Source of the DNA: an uncultured Gammaproteobacteria bacterium
Lineage (GTDB): Bacteria > Patescibacteriota > Patescibacteriia > Patescibacteriales > UBA12465
Length of the DNA stretch: 64,000 nt
Direction: 5' to 3'
Assembly: GCA_964645545.1 (NCBI GenBank)
Contig: CAZXZR010000001.1
Span: 27,526 to 91,525 of the forward strand
How positions within the stretch are numbered: the first letter of the stretch is position 1; every line of letters begins with the position of its first letter. Position numbers and translations under genes: made by a program. Of the stretch, positions 39,744 through 47,610 are shown in pieces. The notes beneath the pieces are model-generated. The model was not told the DNA's origin, did not search any database, and saw only the letters and a list, made by a program, of their open reading frames with translations.

Positions 39744-39946
39744 ATTTTTCTTTTTAAGCTTGGAGAAAAATCTCGGCAGCGCGTCTGTTCCCTTCGCCTC
39801 GTGAAACGAGGAAGAAAAAGGCGGTCCGATTTTAATCGCCGGCCGCGGGAACATGATGGTTTATTAAACTTTTATTAAAAATAGAGGCAGCTAAACGAGG
39901 CTGAACCTCATATATAAAAGATAGGGCAAAAACGGGCTTCTGTCAA
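39744..39946 (-). promoter_or_regulatory. rpsB promoter and structured leader
   Basis: TTGACA-N17-TATCTT (39946-39918); ~165-nt leader with TGTTCCC/GGGAACA stem enclosing hairpins. Confidence 0.6.
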
Positions 39947-40041
39947 CAACGGCACTCCCGGAGCGGACTGGAATTTTAAAAAAAAGGAAGATTTTTCCAA
40001 AAACTTGAAAGAAATCTTCCTCTTGTGTTTCCGGCCGCGTC

Positions 40042-40728
40042 CTAGAAGGCCAAGCGGCAATTCAAATGCAGTCCCAGGCCGGAATTGAAACCGTCGCCCA
40101 GAGCGAAAAATTCATAATGACCGACGAGGAAGACGATTATCTTGCCGGCCAAAATTCCCTTGCCTATCTCCAGATCGGCCTGCCAACTGGGACGGACGGC
40201 CTCTTGCCGCGTCAAGACTTCGTTTTCGCCCTTTAGAGAGAAAGACTCTTCATAGGCGTAGCCTTGCAGGCCAACGCGAGTCCGGGCGGCCAGGCGTAAA
40301 TCCGATTGCGGCTTGAACTTGCCGCGCGAGGAATGGGCCAAAAAAGCCAGAGGAGAAGCAAAAACGGCGAAAGCCATTTTCTCGCCGGCCAGACTCAAGC
40401 CCAAAGCGCCGTCGTATTGGACGCCGTTATAGCCGTCCTTGACAAAGGCGTAACCGACAAAATCGGCTCCCGTTTTTTCCGGGTTAACGTCTTTAAAAAG
40501 ACCGGCGGTGACGAATTCATAGGCGTCGCCGGCGTGAAAAAAATCAAAGAAATCACTGCCGTAGCCGGTGGCAAAAAGCCAGTAGGGTTCAGACGGCGCC
40601 TTTTCCGCCTGCCAATGAAAAGGGCGGACGGATGCTGATTCTTGTCTAAAGGTTTGCGCCTGCAATGAAAAGGCAAGGATCAAAAAAAAGGAAAAGGCGA
40701 AAAGCAAATAAATAATAATTGTTTTCAC
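40042..40728 (-). CDS. Exported beta-strand-rich hypothetical protein
   Basis: GTG start, signal peptide ending LQA-Q, alternating hydrophobic strands, C-terminal Phe. Confidence 0.7.
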   Translation of the reverse strand: MKTIIIYLLFAFSFFLILAFSLQAQTFRQESASVRPFHWQAEKAPSEPYWLFATGYGSDFFDFFHAGDAYEFVTAGLFKDVNPEKTGADFVGYAFVKDGYNGVQYDGALGLSLAGEKMAFAVFASPLAFLAHSSRGKFKPQSDLRLAARTRVGLQGYAYEESFSLKGENEVLTRQEAVRPSWQADLEIGKGILAGKIIVFLVGHYEFFALGDGFNSGLGLHLNCRLAF

Positions 40729-40887
40729 GGCATAGGTTTTGGTTAATATTAATTTTAAAAAACAAAAAATATTCCTATTACTATAACATATCAATTATTA
40801 TTTGTCAAGAGGTGGTACTGTTGCAGAATTGAAGTTACCTTCTGGGGATAAATATAAAGGAAAAAGCTCTATGCAAGTAGAACTTTT

Positions 40888-41478
40888 TTATAAATTCCTG
40901 GCCGCGAAGTCCCAATTCCAGAGATGGCGCATGACCGCGTCCACGAAGTCGCCGCGCCGGTTCTGGTAGTCAAGGTAATAGGCGTGCTCCCAAACGTCTA
41001 CGGTCAATAAAGGTTTTTCTTCTGGGGAGAAGGGGCTGTCGGCATTGGCCGTTTTAATGATTTTCAAACCGGCCGTGGTTTTGACCAGCCAGGCCCAGCC
41101 GCTACCGAATTGAGACAGGGCGGCGCTTTTAAATTCGGCGTAAAATTTTTCCAGGTCGCCGAAATCTTTCTTGATCATTTCCAAAAATTCCGGCGCCGGG
41201 GCCGAGGGATTTTTTGCCGGCCTTAGGCTGTTCCAGAAAAAATTATGATTGAAGGTCTGGGCGGCGTTATTGAAAATCGCCGCCTGCTCCGGTCGGTCCT
41301 TGGTCTGGGTAATAATTTCCTCTAAGCTCTTATTCTCCCACTCAAGGCCGCTAGTCAATTTATTCAAATTATCTACGTAAGCTTGATGGTGTTTGCCGTA
41401 ATGGAACTCTAAAGTGCGCGCGGAAATATGAGGGCTAAGCGCGTCTAAAGCAAAGGGTAAAGGTGAAAGAGTAAACAT
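40888..41478 (-). CDS. sodB: Superoxide dismutase, Fe-type
   Basis: HYGKHH, NAAQ..NH, QFGSGW, DVWEHAYY. Confidence 0.93.
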   Translation of the reverse strand: MFTLSPLPFALDALSPHISARTLEFHYGKHHQAYVDNLNKLTSGLEWENKSLEEIITQTKDRPEQAAIFNNAAQTFNHNFFWNSLRPAKNPSAPAPEFLEMIKKDFGDLEKFYAEFKSAALSQFGSGWAWLVKTTAGLKIIKTANADSPFSPEEKPLLTVDVWEHAYYLDYQNRRGDFVDAVMRHLWNWDFAARNL

Positions 41479-41699
41479 AGGCGTAAAGTTAATTTTTAAA
41501 TAAGGTTAATTTTATCTAGACGGCCCTAATAGCTTCGGGCGAGCTCTAAATTTATTAAAGCCGGCCCGAAGTTAAATTAGGGTCGTGGCCTATATTATAA
41601 CAGAAAATATCTTTCTTAACCAGCCCTTTAAAAAAGATAAATTGAGCCTGGAAAGATCAATTTAATTGACATTTTCAACCACTGGTGATAAAATTAAAA

Positions 41700-41914
41700 C
41701 AGACTTTCTTTAAAATATTAAAATATCCGTCCGGAGTTTCTTTTCTCCTTTTTGGGTTAATATAATAAGTTGTATTCAAATTTTTCATTTTACCCCTTTT
41801 CTCCGGACGGACCTTATTATCATCCTGATCGTGAAGGCTCGGTATAGTTCTTTTCCGGGTCTTCCCGGCAGGCCCTTTCCTATAAGCCCCCGACGTTTAA
41901 TGAAGGGGGTTTTT
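41700..41914 (+). ncRNA. Candidate structured ncRNA, unit 1 of tandem pair
   Basis: TTGACA-N17-TAAAAT (41666-41694); 11-bp stem 41726-41736/41801-41811; second stem; GCCCCC..GGGGGT-T terminator; no ATG-initiated ORF. Confidence 0.65.
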
Positions 41915-41954
41915 CCTTTTTGACATTTTTTTGTTAAGGAGATATAATAAAAAT

Positions 41955-42168
41955 AAGCTTAGTTCCTTTAAAATATTTAAAATATCCGCCTGGGGTTTCT
42001 TTTCAAAGTTAATAATATGGAATATAATTTGGGAAATATTAAGGTTAACCTGCATTTCTCCCCGGGCGGACCCCATGCCCGTCTGGAGCGTTGTATCTCC
42101 GGACTTGTTCCCTCTTGTTAGCTCCTACGGGTATTCGCCCCCGTCTCGCTCATCGACGGGGGCTTTTT
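41955..42168 (+). ncRNA. Candidate structured ncRNA, unit 2 of tandem pair
   Basis: TTGACA-N17-TATAAT (41920-41948); 11-bp stem 41985-41995/42060-42070 covarying with unit 1; terminator 42137-42168. Confidence 0.65.
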
Positions 42169-42326
42169 AAAAAAGTCACCACTAATCCTTATCTTTAAAT
42201 TGACTAATTGGCCACCCGATCGGCATCGACGCTTGACTTTAATAAAAAAATTTAGTAATTTTAAGACAGAACTTTAAATTATAAAAGCGATCGTTAACAA
42301 AAAAATAAATTAAACTTCATAAAACC

Positions 42327-43445
42327 ATGGAACCGAATATTTACTGCGATCTGGACAGGCCGGAATCGATTTACGCTATTGCCTCTATCCTGACCAGCCT
42401 GATAAATGGTGGGGATAAAAAAAATTCACTAAGAGAGGCGATAGAAAGCGGCACTTACTATGAGGAGTTTGACGAATATTATGAGGATCAAGATTTTGAC
42501 GAGGAAGATCCGGAGAAGACGGGAAGTGAAGAGCAAAAACATTTTTTCTATTGTTATTCCAGCGGCCTTAAACAGCTCTTGAAAAATCCACCGACCCGAC
42601 CGGCTTTCCTCTTAAATATCGGCCCGAAAAATAAAAAAGAAGCTGAATTGCTGGCTGAATTCGCCTACCGCTACGGCCATCGGATTATCCTCTGGCTGGA
42701 TAATCATCAATGGCCAAAAAAATTTTTAGCGTTCGCGCAAAAATGCTTACGGGATCATGGTCACGACCTGGAAATTTATTCCGAAGCTTCCTGTTTGCCA
42801 AAAATGGAAAAGTTGGGCTATCTAATCTTACCCCGTTGGTTAGTGGAAGCGGAACAAATGGCCTTAAAGCGCATGAAGGCGGCTGTACTCTATTATTATC
42901 GCGCTTATCGCGTCTGCAAAGTCGGCGATCAAATTGATCCGCAAGCCTATTTGGTCACAAAATTTTTCATCCACGCTGGTATAAGCGTTTGTCTGGATAG
43001 CCCCGATAAATTTATAGATGATAATTATATGGCCTATACCCACATGAAAGCGACGAGCAAGCGCGCGGCGGAAAAAATTCGTCATAAAAGTTTGGTTTTT
43101 CAAAACAGCCCTCGCGACCCCAAAATCGCTTACGTGAATTTAGGGCGCATCGGGCGCTTCCTTGATTTCCAAGTTTTAACCCGGGAAGCGCGCCGGAAAT
43201 ATCCCTATCTCTACATTATTCAATATCTGTATAATAAAAGGTCTTACACTAAAATCTGTTCCAAGGCCTTTGATCCCGAACTTGTCTTAAAAGTTTTGGG
43301 AAAAGACCAACTTAAATTCATTCGGGAAAATAATGCCAAGGGCCTAAAACTCATTTGGGAAAACCTGAAATTTGTTTCCCCTCCTCGTTCCCGAAACGAA
43401 CGAGGATGTTTCACGGAACCATTAAAAAGGCCTGTTCGCATATGA
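42327..43445 (+). CDS. Hypothetical protein, possibly a degenerate DHH-fold phosphoesterase
   Basis: 372-aa ORF with own promoter and terminator; CDLD, LLNIG and LWLDNH resemble DHH motifs I-III. Confidence 0.6.
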   Translation: MEPNIYCDLDRPESIYAIASILTSLINGGDKKNSLREAIESGTYYEEFDEYYEDQDFDEEDPEKTGSEEQKHFFYCYSSGLKQLLKNPPTRPAFLLNIGPKNKKEAELLAEFAYRYGHRIILWLDNHQWPKKFLAFAQKCLRDHGHDLEIYSEASCLPKMEKLGYLILPRWLVEAEQMALKRMKAAVLYYYRAYRVCKVGDQIDPQAYLVTKFFIHAGISVCLDSPDKFIDDNYMAYTHMKATSKRAAEKIRHKSLVFQNSPRDPKIAYVNLGRIGRFLDFQVLTREARRKYPYLYIIQYLYNKRSYTKICSKAFDPELVLKVLGKDQLKFIRENNAKGLKLIWENLKFVSPPRSRNERGCFTEPLKRPVRI

Positions 43446-43491
43446 ACAGGCTCTTTTTTTTAAATAATTCCCGCCTATCTAGATCATGCTC

Positions 43492-44280
43492 TCAAAAAGA
43501 AAAATGACTCTGCCTGGATTTCCCGCCCTCTTTCTCTGTCTTCTCCCGAGCGAAGGCATAGGCGCAATAATCACAATCTGGAGCAGCGGCGGGAATTTTA
43601 TCCGCCACTAAAGAACGCCGGGCTTTAAGAAGCGCCCCTTCCACCCAGCGGTCGTTGCCTCTATAAGGAATAATCTTGACGTCAAATTCCAATTTGGCAT
43701 CAAAGGCTTCTTTGTCGGCGTCGCCGTTACAATAAACGAAATAGCCGGTGTCAGAAATTTTTAACCCATTACGGCGCAAAAGCCACTGATAAATTTCCAT
43801 TTGCCGCTTATACCCGATCTGCCAATCGGCGTCCAAATTAACTTCTTCGCTTTTGCTCGTCGCTTTGTAATCCACCACATAAACCGTGCCCTGACCGTCC
43901 GTCCAAAGATCATCTACGGCGCCGGTAACCAGAAAATTGGAGGCCGGGTGCAAAAATTGCACGCCTTGAAAATTATCGCGCCATTCATTTAAACGCGGAT
44001 CGGCTAAAGGCACGAGCTTAAGACCGTAAGCTTTCATTAAGGGATGGGCGCTGTTTTTGGCGCGATGGCGGTCAAATTCTTTTTTTAATAATTTATCCAC
44101 GGCCGAATTCAAGGTGAAAGGAAAACCCGGCGGCCTTTCTACGCCTAAGCGACGATCAAGATAAAAACAGCGCGGGCAATTCAAAAATAGATCCAATTTG
44201 GAGCGACTAAGTTTAAAAGGCAGGCGACTTTTGGGGTTAAAAAGGTTGTGCCGGCGATTGGAGTTATAGTAAACAGACAT
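43492..44280 (-). CDS. PD-(D/E)XK nuclease (RecB/Cas4-like)
   Basis: LSRS...CPRCFY, GAVDD, VVDYK, QMEIY, CDYC. Confidence 0.88.
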   Translation of the reverse strand: MSVYYNSNRRHNLFNPKSRLPFKLSRSKLDLFLNCPRCFYLDRRLGVERPPGFPFTLNSAVDKLLKKEFDRHRAKNSAHPLMKAYGLKLVPLADPRLNEWRDNFQGVQFLHPASNFLVTGAVDDLWTDGQGTVYVVDYKATSKSEEVNLDADWQIGYKRQMEIYQWLLRRNGLKISDTGYFVYCNGDADKEAFDAKLEFDVKIIPYRGNDRWVEGALLKARRSLVADKIPAAAPDCDYCAYAFAREKTEKEGGKSRQSHFSF

Positions 44281-44370
44281 ATTTTTAGAAATTATTTAGT
44301 TAATTTTAGCTAATAATATACTTGTGGATAAATTGTGTTAAAATTGGGAATAAATCATAAGAAAAAAGCC

Positions 44371-44398
44371 TTGTCAAAATAGAAAGAAGTGCTAATAT
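44371..44398 (+). promoter_or_regulatory. Promoter of the large ncRNA candidate
   Basis: TTGTCA-N16-TAATAT with extended TG. Confidence 0.55.
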
Positions 44399-44404
44399 AT
44401 AGTC

Positions 44405-44787
44405 ATGTACGTTTGGTACGTAATCCCGATCAAGTGCAAAGGGTGTCCTTGCGCAAGCAAGGACTCTTGATCGGGCCGTTGCACTTCAAACTAGAATTCA
44501 AACGGCATCCGACCCCCCGTAGAGTTTATCCTATATCCTTGGGAGAAGCGCGAAAGCCTCGGGTAAGGCTCGGCGACTCAAACAGAGCCTTAAAACCGTA
44601 CGTTGTCACGGTGGGGTGGACCGGGCACAATGACAATGTCCGAAGGGTATGAAGATTTGCAAGTCTTCATAAACTCTCGGGGCCGGAAAAGCCGAAAAAA
44701 GAAACTCTCCATTGTGTATTGTGTATCTATTTCGATTCTGGGACACTTCGGAGATAGAGCTTGCGCGCCAGTGCAAGCTCTTTTTTT
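44405..44787 (+). ncRNA. Large structured ncRNA candidate, family unassigned
   Basis: About ten helices, GNRA loops, complementary hairpin loops, long closing stem, terminator 44756-44787. Confidence 0.75.
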
Positions 44788-44821
44788 ATATACGCTTTTC
44801 TTTAGGCTCCAAACCTTATTA

Positions 44822-45280
44822 TTACTTCATTATTACTTCCTTCACGCTTTTATAATACCGCAATAAAAGGCTGGTTAAAGCACCGCCGCCATCACAACGA
44901 TAACCGTAAGGTTCACGGAAAGCGACAATGGTCATGCCCGGTTTGATGTTGGCCGGGTGTAAAAGCAAGCGCATGTCGGTCAAGCCGACACAAGTCGCTC
45001 CCCAAATCAGAATAAGTTGGTCGCCATTACCGGTGTCGCAGAAGGCGGTAATGCCATTTTTCATATAACCTTTTTAATCTGAACTTCGTTGGCCATTATA
45101 CAAGCTAAACAACCGGTACGGGCGAGATCATTGGCTGTCATAGTAATTGGTTCCCAGCCCAGATGATAGAAAACCTCTGGCGTACCAATGAGACTGAAGA
45201 ATTATGGCTTCCCACCGGCGCCGTCATTTTCCATTTCTTCCATCACGATCGGCGGAGTGTTGATGTCCCGTTCGGGATAA
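44822..45280 (-). pseudogene. purM: PurM (AIR synthetase)-like remnant
   Basis: ENDGAGGKP*...LGWEPITMTANDLARTG with internal TAA at 45202-45204, then a second frame IKPGMTIVAFREPYGYRCDG. Confidence 0.65.
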
Positions 45281-45352
45281 AAAAAGTTAATCTAACTTAA
45301 TTTCCCTAAACTCTTAACCATTCCGAGCTTGTCTTACTAAAGGCAAGCTTTT

Positions 45353-46462
45353 TTATTTCCCCTCCAACCTTATGGCCACGATTTCACTGCGGCCGCTGGT
45401 GCGCAAAGGCGGCCCCCAGGAGCCGACGCCCGAGGAAACGACCAAATTGAAATCGCCCTTTTTAAAAAGGCCGTAATCATAGCCGCGGTAGGCCAGTTTG
45501 GTTAAAAAATTAAGGGGAAATAACTGGCCGCGATGCGTATGACCGGATAGCTGAAGGCCAATGCCGATGTCTTTGGCCTGTTTAACATGAATGGGCTCAT
45601 GATTCATTAACAAGCTCGGCCGCTTGGGATTGTAGCCGACTTGACGCAAAACCTCTTCCGTCGCGGAAAAATCACGGTTGAAGGCGTAATTGAGGCCGAT
45701 TATCTGCAGGCCATCCACAATAGCCATTTTGTTATCCAATAAGGTAATCGGATTGCCGCTAATCAATTCCTGGGCGCGCTTAAAACCTAAATAAAGCTCA
45801 TGATTGCCGAAACAATAATAAATGCCTTGGGGCAAGTTTAAACTATTAAAAGGATGGTTAAGCCAGGAAAAATCCGAGTCCAAACCGTCAAACAGGTCGC
45901 CGGTAATGAACAAGGCCGCCGGTTTGAGAGCGGCGACTCGCTCTAAAAGGCGGGCGAGAAAATGCCGGCGGTAAATCGGCCCGAGATGAAGGTCGGAAAT
46001 TTGCACGACTGTTTTTCCTCTCCAGGCCGGCGGCAAATCCATAATGGCGACCGTGTATTTTTTTACCCGCGTCCTAAAAGCGTTAAAAAATCCGTAAGCC
46101 GACCAGAGAATAACGCCGGCGAAAAAAGCTATTTTTGAAAAGCAGTCCGGGAAAATAAAATTAAAAGAGCGGCCGCCCCAGCGTAAAAGCGCGACTAAAA
46201 GCCAAGCTAAATAGAAATGCAATAACAGGCCCAACCAAGAAACGGCGAGAAAATAATAGGCGCGGGTGAAACGCCTGTCAATTTTATGAATAAGCCAGAA
46301 AACAAAGATGAAGCTGAAAAATAGAAAAGCTAAAACTACCGCCAAAATGAAGCGGCCGGAACTTGCGCCTATCCCTAAAAATTTAACTAAAAAAAACCAA
46401 AGATCAATATGGCCAAGCGCAAGCACGGCTACAGCGGAAGCGAAAAAAAATAATTGCAACAT
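45353..46462 (-). CDS. Membrane-anchored metallophosphoesterase
   Basis: TM helices followed by SDLH, TGDLFD, GNHE, SGHTH. Confidence 0.92.
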   Translation of the reverse strand: MLQLFFFASAVAVLALGHIDLWFFLVKFLGIGASSGRFILAVVLAFLFFSFIFVFWLIHKIDRRFTRAYYFLAVSWLGLLLHFYLAWLLVALLRWGGRSFNFIFPDCFSKIAFFAGVILWSAYGFFNAFRTRVKKYTVAIMDLPPAWRGKTVVQISDLHLGPIYRRHFLARLLERVAALKPAALFITGDLFDGLDSDFSWLNHPFNSLNLPQGIYYCFGNHELYLGFKRAQELISGNPITLLDNKMAIVDGLQIIGLNYAFNRDFSATEEVLRQVGYNPKRPSLLMNHEPIHVKQAKDIGIGLQLSGHTHRGQLFPLNFLTKLAYRGYDYGLFKKGDFNLVVSSGVGSWGPPLRTSGRSEIVAIRLEGK

Positions 46463-46468
46463 AGATTT

Positions 46469-47578
46469 CTATCTTAGGGCGACAAATTTCTTCAACCACT
46501 TCTGATAAAACTCCAGATTATTCAGCTCGGCGAGACGCCGACCCAGGCCTTCGTCCACTTTGAAAAGATGGTGTAAATAAGCCTTGGAAGGGCGACGGAG
46601 TTCGGCAAGTGCGCTTTTTTTATTAAGCGCGGAAAAATCGCGGGCAAAGCGAGCGTTATTGATATTTATGGTTTCATAATCCCGAGCGCTCTTCCCTTCC
46701 TCGGCCAAAAACAAGCGGCCATGCCGGCCTTCGCGCGTGGGAATAACACAATCAAATAGGTCCCAGCCCATGTGAAGACAACATTTAATGTCTTCGGGGG
46801 TACCGATGCCAAGAGCGAAGCGAATGGCTTTTTCCGGAATAAAAGCGGCCGTGCGGCGCAAAACTTTTTCCAAAAATCGTCCCTCTTTATCCACGGGCCG
46901 GGCGCCGAAACCGTAGCCGTCAAAGCCGATTTCCACCAGTTCGCGGGCGCAATATGCGCGCAACTCCATATCCGCCCCGCCTTGAATGACAGCGAAAAGA
47001 AGCGGGCGGCGACGGCCCTTTAAACCGCGCCGCTTTAGCTGTTTTTCGTATTCTTTTTTAGAGCGTTTCGCCCAAGCGATGGTGCGCTCGACGGCTTGTG
47101 ACAATTCAACGCGGGAAAAGTCATTGGGCGGACAATCATCCAAACAAACCATTAGATCTGTCCCCAAGTCAAATTGAATTTGCATTGATTTCTCCGGCGT
47201 CAGTTCTTGTCGTGAACCGTCTAAAGGCGAAGAAAAAACAACTTTCTCGTCCGAAATCCGGCCGCGGCCGGGAGTTTTATGGATAAGGGAAAAAACCTGG
47301 TAACCGCCGGAGTCGGATAAAAGCGGTCCGGGCCAATTCATAAACTTATGCAGACCGCCGGCCGCCCTGATGACTTTTAGGCCGGGCTGGAGATATAAAT
47401 GCAAAGTATTAACGACTAAAGCCTCAGTGCCGCTGGTTTGGACTTCGGCCGGACTTAAGAATTTAACAAAACCGCGGGTGGCGTCGGGCAGAAAGGCAGG
47501 CGTTTTTAAAAAGCCGTGGGCGGTTTTTAAGACGCCCAAACGCGCCCCCGATTTAGTTTGTCGTTCTATTTGGAACAT
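46469..47578 (-). CDS. tgt: tRNA-guanine transglycosylase
   Basis: TPAF, NTLHL, SDSGGYQVFSL, LDDC, IQGG, FDCVIPTR; Zn ligands absent. Confidence 0.92.
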   Translation of the reverse strand: MFQIERQTKSGARLGVLKTAHGFLKTPAFLPDATRGFVKFLSPAEVQTSGTEALVVNTLHLYLQPGLKVIRAAGGLHKFMNWPGPLLSDSGGYQVFSLIHKTPGRGRISDEKVVFSSPLDGSRQELTPEKSMQIQFDLGTDLMVCLDDCPPNDFSRVELSQAVERTIAWAKRSKKEYEKQLKRRGLKGRRRPLLFAVIQGGADMELRAYCARELVEIGFDGYGFGARPVDKEGRFLEKVLRRTAAFIPEKAIRFALGIGTPEDIKCCLHMGWDLFDCVIPTREGRHGRLFLAEEGKSARDYETININNARFARDFSALNKKSALAELRRPSKAYLHHLFKVDEGLGRRLAELNNLEFYQKWLKKFVALR

Positions 47579-47610
47579 AAATAATCTCCGGCGACGGCAA
47601 ACCCAAGACA

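Noticed and set aside
41931-42170. 79-aa ORF over ncRNA unit 2
   Set aside because: Starts inside the promoter spacer, has no RBS and has no counterpart in unit 1.
43492-44280. cas4 of a CRISPR locus
   Set aside because: No cas1/cas2 or array; CxxC...CxxC pattern rather than the 1+3 Cys of Cas4.
44436-44470. Resemblance of GCAAAGGGTGTCC-GNRA-GGACTCT to a group IIC intron domain I hairpin
   Set aside because: No domain V, no GUGYG start, no reverse transcriptase ORF, and the unit has its own promoter and terminator.
44389-44866. ORFs 44389..44652 and 44603..44866
   Set aside because: Non-ATG starts, no RBS, one runs through a terminator; the dense base pairing is better explained by an RNA gene.
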